From Takakia lepidozioides (taxonomy: Eukaryota; Plantae; Bryophyta), in NCBI GenBank assembly GCA_030704615.1, contig CM060731.1, positions 29,326,001 to 29,390,000 on the forward strand: a DNA stretch of 64,000 bases. The letters are read 5' to 3'. A program made the translations under genes and the position numbers. The notes under the pieces are model-generated. The model was not told where the DNA came from and did not search any database. It worked only from the letters and a program-made list of their open reading frames with translations. Numbering within the stretch: the stretch's first letter is position 1; the number at the start of each line of letters is the position of its first letter. Below, in pieces: positions 27,650-43,779 of the stretch.

Positions 27650-28670
27650 CGATCTGTGAAGAGGAAATGGTTTGGAGAGCTGCCCATTGACTATGACTCG
27701 GCTTGAGGAGTTTTGCAAGAGGATTCTCACCCAGCCACAAGCCTGGAGTGGTTTGTCTGATGGGCGATCAGCTTTCGCTTTTTTGGTTTACATTGACAGT
27801 CTGGCTCCCTCAATGGCTGGAAGTTTATGGCGGACTCGCAAGGCACTCTTCACTCCCCTAGTATGACGGACATCCCTGAATGATCTGCTTGTGCACTGGT
27901 CAGGTCGATCCGCAGCCTCCTGTCAATATCAAGCACTACAATGGAGCCTTTCGCTGGTTGCTTGAAAGCTCCTCTGCGTTTACTTCAGTTCGATCCGAGT
28001 GGTCCTGGCTGTCTAAAAAACGGGACCCTTTTTTCGCATACACCGTCAAGCTCGGTTATACGCTGCTTAACATCCAGAGCACTGCAGATCGCAAATGCTC
28101 CCATAAGTGGAGGCATCATGCTGCCAAGCCCGCTTCGTGGAGGGTTATTTGGAATGATGTATGGCGTAAGGATAGGGCTGCAAAGATTATTGGATTTCTT
28201 TGGAGACTGGTTAATAGAATCCTTCCAGTTACCCATCTCTCATCTGGCTCCCCTTCTACCTGCCAATTCTGTTCAGTGCTAACTAAGGAAACGCCGGAGC
28301 ACTTGTTTGTTTCCTGCCCAATCTGCTCTTGCAGGCGAGGAGCCTGAGGTCAACTGGCGCCACAAGCGCAGCTGTACTAGGAAGGCTAGAGCAAAAATCC
28401 ACCTCTCTTTTGAGCCTATCTTAGCATGAAAGTGTAGTGCTCCCTAGCTCGGTTTCTATTAGGATGCTCTCCTGATCGCTGGTTCTACCTAGGCAGTGGC
28501 TCTCCTCTCAGCTTCTTTTAGAATCTCCCCCTGAGCTCTGGGTCAGAGCACTGCCTCTTCTGTTGGTCTCTATGGCTTCCCCCGCAAGATTATTTTTTCT
28601 TTGCTTGTCCTCTTTTTAAATTATCAGTAGGTTCTCAGGGCCTGTCCCCTGTTTCATTTTTTTTTTTTTT
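27650..28670 (+). mobile_element. Second L1-type LINE 3' fragment (zf-RVT)
   Basis: WNDVWRKDRAAKIIGFLWRLVNRILPV..CQFCSVLTKETPEHLFVSCP. Boundaries are approximate. Confidence 0.7.
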
Positions 28671-29364
28671 AAAGGACCCATATGATCAAGTAGGTTCTCT
28701 CCCTGTCACTAGGGAACTTCCCTTTACATTCGGGTTCCACCTGAGAATGCCACAGGGAGCTTATCAAGTGACAGTTCCGTGACAGAAGCTAAGCTTAAAG
28801 TGTCTCATCAAAGTTCAAATTGTCACAGAGGGGTCTGGGTGAAGAATCAGGTTATATCTACCACCATCACTGTAGTGCGTGGCATAACCTTGCCCAATTG
28901 TACAGCATCACTTCACTGCACAATTCATGGTGTTGCTTGGAATATAAATTGTACAGAGCACAGCATTTACTACTTCTCAAGACAGGAGATAGTTGTTCAC
29001 GCCTGCAGACAGCTCTCTTAGGATGGACAATCCACCCTTCACAGAAACTCCACACCTGGAGGCAAACTCTAGCAAGTTGTACAAGGAGACAATCAAAACT
29101 CCATCCAACAACTCCACTCAACAAATCCCTAGATCACCTTTACTAGCAATAAATCCTCACATTGATGAAGAGACTGGTCCTTCACAGTCTAGGCAGACCT
29201 GGAGGAAAAAAAATTATTCAATTACATCAAAGAAATGTCATCCTTAAATGACACCCTGACAAAAGGGTCTCACCCAGTGGGATGCTCTCAATCAAAATTA
29301 CCATAAGTGCGCGCAGAGCAACCTAGGCACAAAACTAGACCCAAGCCTACAAAACTGGCTGATC

Positions 29365-31850
<2,486 letters not shown>

Positions 31851-34800
31851 GGCTGCTGCTTCCACCAAACCCCAAGCACACCACGATGCAGCGCAAGAAC
31901 GCTGCTCTCTCTCTCTCTCTCTCACTCGCACGCCGCCTCCCTCTCTCTTGACTCTCGCTCTCGCTGCACTGCAATGCAGGGCTGCTTGCGCTTTACCGCG
32001 CTCTTCTCTCGCTCTCTCTCTCTGCGCGCCAATCGTCTCCGTGGATGACTCTCATCCAACTTTTGTAACCCTACCTTTTTCTTCCAATTTTCTAACTCAA
32101 TGTTGACTGTAGATTTAACAACTTTCCGTCCAAATCGGCTGGAATCTGTGGGTTCCCCAGATCCAACCAATGCGGATCTTACACGTGCCACAATGGATGT
32201 CGCTGACCTGAGCACCAGGCTGGTGGAAACTGGAAACCTGGACTGACACTGACAGAGCGTAACTTATAATATTACGAGTCAGCCCTCAAATATTTTATTC
32301 TGACAATTTTAGAACCTCACATGTACTGGGAGATCGAACCCAGGATCGGTTGGAAAATTGTGACAAACATTCTTTCTTCCTCTTGCTTGTTGACCAATGA
32401 CACAGAAACCACCCGCTATTGCGATCTCGTGTTGGCCCAAAAATTGGAAACAAAGAGAACATAAATGAGGGGGGGAAAAGAAAACATATGATGATATATG
32501 ATGTGTATAGGCCCAGTGGCAGCAGTTCCAGCGACAAACTATGGCTGTCCGCAATCTGTTCGGCTCCTCCCCATCGAATGGTCGAATGATTCGATATGGT
32601 GCAATTTTAATAACCCTTTTTTCTTTTTTTTCCCTTTTTTTTAAAGAACAAGGCGTGTAAACTTTAACAGGATTTAACGGGCCTTTTATTTTTTATTTTT
32701 AAAAAGTACAGGGAGCCCCACAAGGGAGAATGCCAAACGGCCGATACGGGTCAGGGAGGCTTTCCATGTGAACCCATTGTATGACATCATCCACGAATGA
32801 GTTTGACATTGGAACACATCTGTTGACTCTTTGCAGGTCTTCCAGCGCAAGTCTCGATTCGGTGGTTTCCGCGTTTCCACCGGATGGACTTCCATGCCAC
32901 CCGCCCTCTCTCTGCATGCTTTTGCACGTATCGGGAAAGAATGGGAATGGGTGCGGAACGGAAATGTCCCGTTTTCCTCCATGTGCGTACATCAGCAAGA
33001 TGGAGAAATGTGTCACATGAAAATTCGCTCTCATTTGTTTTTTTTTTTTTTTTTGCGCAACAGGGGGATCTCATATTTTGTTCTCAAAATATTCCACAGC
33101 ATCTCGTTTTCCCAACTTGAAATTCTTCTCCCTTTCATTGGAAGAATCACAAAAAAGGGAAAAGCGAAACACAAGAGAACGGTGGATCACTCACATTCTT
33201 CACAGTATTATCTTCCCATCTTATATTAGTGTTAGGACCTCTCATATAGGACTTCTCTTGTTTTTTCAGGTCAATATAAATTTGTTTTATTCAATATTTT
33301 GGGTCACTGAGATCCAGAATGTGAAGGTGGCCCAATAATAGGTAAGTGAGCGCCGTCGCAGCAGTATTATTAGGGCTGCGCAACGAGGTACATAAGTGCA
33401 GAGGTAAGGAAGGCATGGCAGATGTGGGTCCAATGATTTTTTCTCTTTAATGAATTAGTGTGACTGCCCACCCAATTTTGTCAGATCAACACCAAACACT
33501 TCCTCCTCACCATTACTATATATTTATATAAATATATATATTTATATTTAGGATATATGTTTGCATAATAATTAGGGTGAGTGTTGCAGGCCTGCAGCGT
33601 CGGTGATGAGAGGGGAAGGCAGGTGATCCAACGGTGGGGCGCCACACAGCCAGGTGCGACAGGTGGCACTACTCTGTACGCCATGAATGTGCGCCGCTCT
33701 ATCACGCCCACTCATTCACCGGTCCATCCTGTTTCTCATCCCTCGGACACAAATTCATCTGTTCTCTTATACTCATCCATCTACAGATTTGATTTTTTCT
33801 AGAGATTCCCTCTATCATTGGCTCTTTGAGGGTTTTATCTTTTCCCTTCCAATTTATAAGAAAATGCTTTGTGGGAAATAGAAAAATATAAAAAGAAAAA
33901 CAGGCCTCTTATTGTTTATTTTTATTTTTATCTTGATTGATTTCTGTTTTTTATTTTTAAGGCCTTTGACGATAGAGGGAACGTGAACGTGAGGTGAACG
34001 TGAACTGAGGGGAGGGTGATAAGTTCGGCCGAGAGTATGCACAAGACACCCTAAATGCTGTCGATTCGTGCATTATGTAGAAATCCTCCTAGAAATTTTC
34101 ATGTTGAGAGGAGAAAATACCTTACACCAAAGACACCTAGGGCCTTACAAAATTCGGAAGATGGCGATTTTTGGGGGGCCATGAAGGGCAGGTTGGTTTT
34201 ATGTACTATGGAATGGCCTGCAACATGCCATTGTGGCAGGTGGTGGCGAGCTGGAGTGCGAGCTGCCGCCGAAACCGCCATAAGGACATGTTGCTACCCA
34301 TTCCATAACGTAAAGGATTGCGTTGCCGCCCTCTCATTGGCTTGCAAGTCCTAATCAGACACATTATGTTTCATAATGTGCTAGTGGGCGTAGAATTCTG
34401 CTTTTTAATCCTCTCCAAATACGCCATACTAGGCAGGCAAAATCCTTTACGAGGGGCTGAATCGTAAAAACTGTGGAAGAGCCTCATGAGCTGCCCTTCC
34501 CCGATAAATAAAAGAGAGGGATGGATTTTGAATTTCCAGCAACATATTCCAAACTCAAAAGCCATATTGGTGGATAGACTAAGCTGCATAATGCAACCCT
34601 ACCTTTAGCGTTTATTGACTCTCTTGTAGAGAGAGACTTTGCGGAGACATGCAAGTCAATGGAGAAAATGTGGTCAAAGGACCTTACACCGTGTCAAGGC
34701 GCTGATTGGTTGTTGTGCTGAGTCATGCTCCCTAGTCCTACCTTCCTCTTATGTTGTGCCAAAGCAAAGGAAAGCAAAGCAAAGCAAAGCAAGAGAGCCA

Positions 34801-36020
34801 ATTGCCGTTTGAGGCTTGTTTATCTATCATAGATACAAAGACATTGGATAGACATTAGTAGATGTATTTGGGTTTTAAATAACTTATTGTTATGTTTTAG
34901 TCCACATAGTTAATGGCAATTCGATGTATTAATAGGATGTCAGGCTGAATGGAAAACAATAGGAATAATGTAAGAACTTAATGCATGGGTACGATCGAGT
35001 GTTATGCGGGTCCGGGTTTTGACCCCAGTACCCATCGACTTAGGGTCTGGGTCATCACCAGAAACCCGGAACCTGACCCGGGTCCATTTCTAAAACAGTG
35101 GACCCAGAACGGGACAGGACCAGCCTTCTACGTCCCCTTATATCCGGGGAGAGGGCAAATGTAGCGGATGGGGTCTAGGTTTTAATTTTAATAAATATAC
35201 ATATATAAATATACAAAATTCTGAGAAAATTTTAAAATGGATACTTACCTTGTACTTGCGCTGAGACCTTGAGACTAGCATCTCCTCCCTCAGTGGATGA
35301 CCTCATCGCAAGTATTACTCCTCCTCCCTCTTTGCATTTGGTTTTTTCCAATTGTGCGGATATTTGATTGAGACTCAAACCCCCGGCGGACCCCACCCCG
35401 GATATGTATACATATATGGATCTGCAGGAGGTCAAAAAATCAAATATCCGCCTCCGTTAAGAACCGTCGGATTTAAAGAGATTGGATAACCGGATCAGGT
35501 TGAGAACCGGTGATTTGTTTTTTTTTTAATTTGCTATGAACTGGAACTGTGGTCCAAAAGAAGCAGGTTATGAACCCATATATCCAGCATTTAAAACCGG
35601 ATAATAGACGGCTATTGCGTTCACTCCACATGAACGAAGTGGGTCATAGTCATGAGCTGGCCTTGTCTTCATTTCTACTCATCATGTTATGTGGACATTT
35701 GATTCATGAAAAGGAGGCAATAGTGGATCTTTTATCTACCATAATAATTGTAACTATTTTTTCATTAGTATTTTTAATACATTTTAGATTTTTTAGTTTG
35801 GGTTATTTTACTTTTTTTTTTAAATAAACTTGGTTTTGTTTGATAACCGGATACTCAACGGCAGGAGGTCATCCTAACATAAACTCCATTTGTCCACAAC
35901 CGCATAGGGTTAAATTTTGTATTTGTTCTCAACCGGCAAGATATCCGAAATAGGAAAGCTCCAAAACTCCGGAACCGGAGGATGTGAACACAAAGTTAAA
36001 GTTAAATATCAGTAACCGGC

Positions 36021-36622
36021 CACTACAGCAAATGGGGGGGGTGGGTTTGCGACGCCAGTCGCGCACCTACGCCCCGCGCGGCGTTGAGCGACGCAATCCC
36101 CCGCTGCGACACCATTGCGACGCCCAGCCGTCGCAAGGTGGCATGAAGGGGGAAATGGGGCCCTGTTGGGACGGATTTTATTTATTTTTTGCAACACCGG
36201 GGTGTCGCAAATCCAATATATATATATGGACGGTGCGACGCCTCGGCGTTGCAAAAGCGTCGTTGAGGGCGTCCTAGCGCCTCTGCGACGCCAGGGGCGT
36301 CGCAACAACATCACCACAGTGGGGGTTTGTTTTTTGTTTTTTGTTTTTTTGGGCTTTGCGGCCTTCAACGTCATAAAAGTGTCGTTGGGGGCGCCCCGCG
36401 CTGGGACGCCAAACGCTGCGACGTCAGGGGGTCGCAATGGTGTTGTAGTCAGCTTAGGTCACCACAAGGACGTCGCTTGGGACATCTGGCTGTGGGGGGT
36501 TGCAACAATAGTGACGACGTTACGGCTAGGGCTGGGGCTGGGCACTAAGGCTATGGAGGTTGCAACTCCCCAACGTCACATGAGGAAATTCCTTAGAAGG
36601 AATTTGAAAGAAATCTTCATGC

Positions 36623-36706
<84 letters not shown>

Positions 36707-37160
36707 TGTTTTTGTGATATATAGATGTAGCGTAGGTGTGTTGGTAGTCTGTAGTGTCTTAAAAATATTATAATGTAGAGGTCCTAGGTTCAAGTATGCA
36801 TTACATAATATATGTAGAACAATGAACATATCGCCATTAGACAGAACTAGAGTCAATGGTCAACAATTTTTTGAAATTCAAATTTCAAATTCAATTTTTA
36901 CCGCCTAAATTCAAATGTACCCCCTTAAATGGCATTGCAGTGTAGTTTGTTTTTTTTTGTTTTTTTTTTTTTTTTGCGCAACGCCTGGGCGTTGCATATC
37001 GCGGTTTCGCCTTTTTGCGACCCTCATTGGTCGCAAATTTGCGAGGTTTTCTTGGAGACGCCGTTGCGACGGGCTTGCAATTTGGTCCCTCCCCCCCCCC
37101 TAAAATGTGGTTTGTTTTGCAATTTGTGTGGAGGGGACGAGCACAAAACGGCTGCAGCAG
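36021..37160. mobile_element. Truncated non-autonomous CACTA-like element
   Basis: Begins CACTACAGCAAAT, followed by many TGCGACG/CGTCGCA subterminal repeats. No matching right TIR or TSD was found. Confidence 0.5.
36624..36703. repeat. (TA)~40 microsatellite
   Basis: Direct read of the sequence. Confidence 0.97.
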
Positions 37161-38156
37161 GCAGCCCCACCACGCAAGATATGCAACCAAGTTGTAACCT
37201 AGTGGTAATGGGCTCATGATACCACTATTGGTATTGGTGTCACAAAGTTGTCCACCTTCCCACTCGAAGGCCGTGGCCCTTCAGGATCAAGTGACACCAT
37301 AATTTACGCTTCCTTGGAGAGGTCTCATATATTATTATTAGGCCAGGCCCCACAGAGGTTGGGTAGCGAGTGAGCATGCTCACGTGAGTACAAGGGCATA
37401 TTTCCCAAATTCCCGGGAAATTTCCACAGGGAAATGAAATTGACGAAATTAACAATTATGCGAAACTAACACATAAAGAACAACTAGCCCCTATACCTGA
37501 TGAACATGTTATCCTATAGACGTGGCTTTTTCTCCATAAGAGGCAGGAGAGTGGGCGGTGAGGCTTCACCTCAACTTTAAATAAATAAGTAAATTAAAAG
37601 TCTCCCATGGATAATTTCACATTGCAAAATTTCGCTTAAGAAGCAATCACATTGTGGCTAAGAGGATGAATAGGTCACTTTTCAAGCCCCCACCCATTCC
37701 TTTTGGACATAGGATTTTTGGGTGATGGGATTTCTCAATACAAAACCCATTGCTTGCTAAGTTTGTGCCCATATCATCAAGTATTTCTCTGTGCGAAATT
37801 CACCGCTGCCTAGTTTGTGCGCATATCACCAAGTAATTCTCAGTGCGAAATTCACCGCTGCTTAGTTTGTGCCCATATCATCAAGTACTTCTCAATGCGA
37901 AATTAACTGCCGCCACTACAGAGGTTTGGGATTTTTGGCTATACTACTGAAGGTTTCGCTTTGCTGAATTGGCATAAATGTATTGTACAAATGCACCAGT
38001 CTTCTATACTCGCTTATGGTTTTATTCCGTTTTGAAAACATATAACTCATATGACCAAGGTTTAAAAACATAAAACTCCCATGACCGTGGGTTGTACTCA
38101 CACGAGCACGAGCGTGCGGACGTGAGCATGCACACGTTGTGCTCGCAGGATACCAA

Positions 38157-38880
38157 TGTCGCGCACCTCACCTCGGTAATTTCCCCTTCATGTCATAGAT
38201 AATCGCTTTGATGCGCGCGCCTAACTCCCAAACTGGCCGTCGGGCCAACTCGGAGCTTCGGCTGCTCACCGGGACATAACGGTCCCCCTTTGCTCCTCCA
38301 CAAGACCCTCGCTCACTTTGGGCCTAGTGTAAATTCCCTTTGGTTGTTGGCAGTCTGGAACAGCTCCCCACACCTTGGTCGTTTTCCGGTTCACAAGCTT
38401 ACTCACTAGTTTTTGGTCACCAACGGGCTTGCACCGTTCTCGGGGTTACTACTCCCTATATATACTTCTGTGACTATCCGCGGGGGTTTCACAAACAACA
38501 CCGTCCTTCTATGGCGAACCACCACGAAGACCCTTGATTCCTAGTGATGAGTCGCGGTGAGTCTTGGCCCACCCACCACGGCCCCAATGGATCGTGATGA
38601 GTCCCAAGACTCCCCACGACTCCTACCACAAGGTCTCCGCCCCATGGTGAGTCCTATGTCACCCCCACTAAGACCCACTAAGCTACCACCACCCCTCGTG
38701 GAACCACCCCCACCGCAACCCGGTGTGCGGGGCTCCACCTAGTGAGCGCCTCCGCCTCCTTGAGTGCCTTGGGCACTCAATGGTGCTTCAGCCCCTATAC
38801 CTATTGTTGCCACTGCCCCCACCATAGAGGCAGCCCCTCTTGTGTCCAGACCCCTGCCCTCAAGGTTAAGGGCCGCGACA
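38157..38880 (-). repeat. 3' LTR of the outer chromovirus
   Basis: Direct repeat of 57056-57781, roughly 5% diverged by eye. Confidence 0.95.
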
Positions 38881-39576
38881 CACTCCCCTACCAACAGGGA
38901 GTCGATATCCTCATCGACTTGTCCATTTTGTAGAAACTAACATCCAAGTTGTGGCGTCCCATGACAAAGAACCAAACCCCCACTTGACTCTACTCTCCAC
39001 TAGCTAGTTTGGCCGACTTCCTCCAAGTCCCGCCCAAGGGTGGAGCCTCTCAAGCTCCACCCAGTGCACTCTTCTTGGCCCACTTCTAGGCCAAGGAACG
39101 ATCCTCCCCGAGGATCGAATCGCCTTACTGCAACAACATTGTTTGCGACCGCTCATGATGGCGCTTTTGGCATCACCTTGAGCAAGGGTTCACCTTGAAC
39201 CCTTTTTTACTAGGAAGATAACCTTGAACCAATCGTGCCCCCCATTCACTACAATTGAGTCCGCCTTGGAATGCTGGCCTGAGGTACCGAAGCCGCACTA
39301 CAACTTCGTCCCGAGGTTACACGATTATAGTACATGAACGAAAGCACGTAGCTTCCGCGTTAGCCTGCACTACAAGATAACCCCCTCGGTAGCGCAGTTA
39401 TAGTACGCGCACACGTCAGGTGCGCACTAACACGTGAACTCCTAAAGAAGGCGCAAATTTCCTTGCCCCTTGGGTGGGAGTCACCAAATTTCGGCACTGC
39501 GCAAATACACGCTTAATCCAATTTACCTCTCCCACTTTTGTAAGCTAGCATGCATTCTACACACTAGCCAACCATA

Positions 39577-40104
39577 TGTCGTGCGCATACATATTGCTAC
39601 ACAACTACATCGCTGTCCAAACCACACCACACATATGTGCACAATAAAGTAGTCTGCCACAATGATAAGAAAACTAGAAAACACACTGCTCACACCAGAA
39701 ACAACATGAATCCATCGCTATCACTCTTTAAAACAGAAGTCGAGCCAGGGGCACCCCAAGCTATGGGGACTCCACCCCACAACAACCTACACTCCCATCA
39801 TAAGCACACTCAAATCTAAACGCATGAAAGAGCTCGGTCGCGCAGGCTCAACTCGAGAGAGATGAGCCGCGCGACTGCCGCTCTCGTGAAGATAAGACGG
39901 ACCAGGTGTCAAACTAAACTTGACACCTGATTTAACACTTGACCTAAATCCAAGTGTTAAATACAAATAACTAGTTTTATTCTAGTTGTTTTCACACTGT
40001 GCTTATTTAACTTGACAGTTGTCGTGCGCATACATATCGCTACACAACTACATCGTTGTCCAAACCACACCACACATATGTGCACAATAAAGTAGTCTGC
40101 CACA
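39577..40104 (-). repeat. Terminal A-B-A' repeat block (85 bp + 355 bp + 85 bp)
   Basis: A and A' differ at 2 sites and B and B' at 3, all transitions. Every unit is TG..CA. Spacers are 'a' (39662) and 'gt' (40018-40019). A PPT-like TAGGGGGGCGAT abuts A' on the minus strand. Confidence 0.95.
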
Positions 40105-40362
40105 ATCGCCCCCCTAGCTGGTGGATAGGTCCCTCTACCTCCAGATAGCTACAAGATGTAATAGCCACAGCCGTACTAAGTCCTCTATCACTGTCCTATT
40201 GTACTCAAACTCTATAGACCAAGGGCCGGGTACAAGAGTAGCCCCATCGTTAGTCGCCGTCTTGCAATCTGTGAACTTGAGCCAAGATCTCGTGTGTTCA
40301 AGGTCTCCTAGTAGCTGGGCCTTGCATTTCTTGTTAGCCTTCCATGGTTGTATCCACTCCCA

Positions 40363-40515
40363 CTATCCAATGCAATGTGGACATAACCAATCCCCATCTG
40401 GAACCATCTCAAGAGGTGGAGTCAAGCATCCCATATGCCAACCTCTAGAGCATCGATCGCACACCAGCATGGTGGCTGCCCCCTTTAGCAAACCCACACA
40501 ACATGCACCTCAAAC
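40363..40515 (-). CDS. PHD finger (C4HC3) at the integrase C-terminus
   Basis: CMLCGFAKG(frameshift in a G run)AATMLVCDRCSRGWHMGCLTPPLEMVPDGDWLCPHCIG*. Confidence 0.9.
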
Positions 40516-40519
40516 CTGC

Positions 40520-43400
40520 AGATACCACTGCCAGGTTTGGGTCAATCCTGCCATCGACATTCGGAAGGTGACATGGCGCACAATTACGCACATGGTCCTT
40601 CCAAGTTATGCCATCCCGACCCTCCAAGACCAAGACGCCTGAGGGCAAGACCTCTCGAACCCTCAAAATAACACGTCCTGCAGTCACATCCAGGGTCGTA
40701 GGAGCAGTCTGCTGCAGATAGACATAATCACCAAGGTTGAATCTCCGAACCCCAGGACGATAGCCCCCACCACGTATGGTAGCATACCTCAACGTATCAC
40801 GGTGTTGTGCAATGGCAAGGTTCTCGAAAGCCATGGGCATGACTCTGTTGAACAACTCTGCACGCTGCTCACATGCACGTGCCCACATGTCCGGATCGTC
40901 AAGGTTAAGAACTGTAGCAGCTTCTCTATGAATGGATGTAGGCAAATCCGGCTCTCGGCCAAAGAGAAGAAAGTATGGTGAGAAGGAGGCAAGTGATGCT
41001 TGCTTGCTGAACCTGTAGCCCATGGCTAACCAGGGTAAACTGAAGGTCCCAATCTCCTAGGTGTCCCTTCTGCAAGCCATACTTGCGCAAACCCCTCTTT
41101 ACTATCTGAACAACTCTCTCTGCCAAGCCATCGGCCTCAGGATGATCCCGAGAAGTGGTGCGGTGGTCTATCAAGGCCTTGTCACACAAAGCCTGAAACT
41201 CCCCCAAGAACTCTCTCCCTTGGTCCGTGAGTACCTCAGCTGGAGCACCGAATCGGCTAAGCACACAATCCAGGAATGCATACGCAGCTCCCTCACTAGC
41301 CTTATCAGGCAATGGAACCAATTCAATCCACTTGGAGAAGTGCTCCACCATCACCAACACGTACTTGTTGTGGCGCATGGTCAGTGGCAACGGCCCTGCG
41401 AAGTCAAGACTCCACCTGTAGCCCAATCCCATGATCGGAAGAGGGTGCAATTGTGGAGTAGGGGCGTTGAATGAAGCACGCACCCTGTCACACACCATGC
41501 ACCTAGCCACAAATTGTTGCACCTCTGTGTGCATACCACGCCACCAATACTGCCTCTGCAGTAGACTATGAGTGCGTCGCACCCCAAAATGCCCCAACTC
41601 CTCATGGGCATGGCGCACTAACCGTCCCGCTGTGTTGGGTGAGGCACAATCCTCACTCGACCATCCTCCCACACTCGGAGCAGGTGTGTCCCCTCCCACC
41701 TGAACCTCTTGGCTTGTTGTAGGATCCGATCCCTCTCCTTGGCAGTCACAGTGGCTGCCGTGTCTCCAGTGCGGAGGTAGTCCAACACAACTGAATCCTC
41801 ATGTATATCTTTGGCGCCACCTTGCTCATTGCTGGCCTCAGGGTCCTCAGACACTTGATCTACAGTCATCCCTGTTGCAGGTCCAACCTGGCCTTCCGCT
41901 GCCAAGATACACAGAAATGCAGATGCATGCCATCCGGGCACCATCTCCTCGTCCGTCTCACCATGCCACCGAGCTCCAGTGTCATCCTGTTGGCTCGTGC
42001 ATGGATTGCGACTCAACCCATATGCATTGCGATTGACCAAACCCGGTCGATGCACCACCTGAAAGTCATACTCTTGAAGGATGAGTGCCCACCGTGCAAG
42101 CTTCCCCGTAAGCTTGTCTGACTCCATCAACCACTTGAGTGGTTGGTGATCCGTGACAAGGGTGAAGAGATTGCCGTATAGATAGCACCTGAAGTGTACC
42201 ACGGCCCACACTGCAGCTAAGCATTCTCCCTCATATGAGCTATACTTAGACTCTGCAGCATTGTTCGAGCGGCTAGCATAAGCCACTACGAACTCTCTTC
42301 CCTCATCATCCACCTGTGTGAGCACCGCTCCAAGCCCCAGCATGCTCCAATCTGTATGCAGCTGAAAAGGACGCCCCCTGATAGGTCGTCTCAAGATGGG
42401 CGCCGAGGTCAACCTCGCCTTGAGCTCTTGAAAAGCTTGTTCTTGCTCATCTTCCCACTGCCACTCCTGGTCCACCTTGGTCAGCTTGGTTAGAGCCTTT
42501 GCAATGGCACTGAATCCCTTAACAAACCGTCTGTAATAGTTTGCTAACCCCATGAAAGCTCAAACTCGGCTCACATCCGTGGGGCGTGGAACCTGTGCAA
42601 TGGACTCTACCTTAGTCTGCTGTACCCCCAATCCTCCAGGATATATCATGTGACCCAGATACTCAATCTGGTTGTGGAAAAACTTGCACTTGCCCGGATG
42701 TAACTTCAATCCGTGCGTCCTTAAACGCTCAAATACCCCTTGAAGGTGTCTCTCATGCTCCTCCACCGTAGCACTAAAGATGATGATGTCATCTATGTAG
42801 CACCGAGCAAACTCCACCCCTGCTAGAATCTGTCCATGACTCTTTGAAACTCAGCGGGAGCGTTTTTAAGCCCAAATGGTAAGAACCGCCACTGGTATAG
42901 GCAATCCTTCCCGTACTCATTGATCCCCCAGAATGCCGTCTTTTGCTTATCCGTCTCCTTGATCGGCAACTGGTGATATCCGGATCGTAAATCCAACGTG
43001 CTAAAGACCTTGGAATGCCCAATGGCATCAAAGATCTCCTCTGGTGTTAGCATGGCATACCTATCGGACTTGGTCTGACGATTTACAGGCCGGTAATCAC
43101 CGCACATACGTCTCTCCGTCCAATTGCCATATACATCCTTCTTAGCTGGCATCACTGTGGCTGAAGCATACTCTCCACCAGAGAGCTCCACCAAACCTGC
43201 CTCCCAGAGATCTTGAGTCCTCATCTGAATCAAAGACCTCTCCATGTCACTGTATCTATAGGGTCTCCGAAAGATTGGCGTGTCAGTGGCCAACTCAATA
43301 CGGATCTCTTGACCCTTCAGTGCTCCCAAGTCCTTCAAACTGAAGGCAAAGCAATTCCTGTAAGCCCTCAGGAACCGCCGTATACGTCGTCTCTCTCCTC
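40520..43400 (-). CDS. Inner element RT, RNase H and DDE integrase (gypsy order), with stops and frameshifts
   Basis: RMCGDYRPVN..FSTLDLRSGYHQ..LPFGLKNAP..CYIDDIIIFS; LHTDWS..YEGECLAAVWAV..LVTDHQPL; HEELGHFG..CMVC; SLDFAGPL..VLTDQGREF..DGLAERVVQ. Confidence 0.93.
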
Positions 43401-43779
43401 CGGTGACAATGGGTCCAATGTCAGGCTCCCAATTGTCCTCCGTAACTGCAACCTTAAGTCCAGTGGGCTTAGAGGTAGAGGACGCGTCCCGTGGTTGCTA
43501 TGCTGCAACCTCTTGAGCAGTACTCCCTTCCCGCTCAGTCAATGACAAGGCCTCATCCTGCCCCATCATCTCATCATTGAGAACCTCCTCATCCCGAGAA
43601 GAATCCCCAACCTCATCCATCACAGCTGCCTTGGCTGCCAACTCCCTCTGAACCTCGAGCACCTCCCACGTGTGCCATGGATGTCTATACCCCGTGGTCC
43701 TCACCAGCTCGCCCCCACTCGCTGCCTGTACCGTCTCGGTAGGCAGAGAGACCGTCAAGGGAAGTGCGCTCCGCACTCT

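Noticed and set aside
36115-36856. ORFs containing IYIYIY runs
   Set aside because: Artefacts of the (TA)n microsatellite.
37755-37915. Regularly spaced repeats resembling a CRISPR array
   Set aside because: They are contiguous 52-bp tandem units without unique spacers, in eukaryotic transposon DNA.
39577-40104. A-B-A' as an independent TRIM mini-element
   Set aside because: There is no TSD around it (CATA versus ATCG), no internal PBS or PPT, and its middle is the terminal repeat of the large element.
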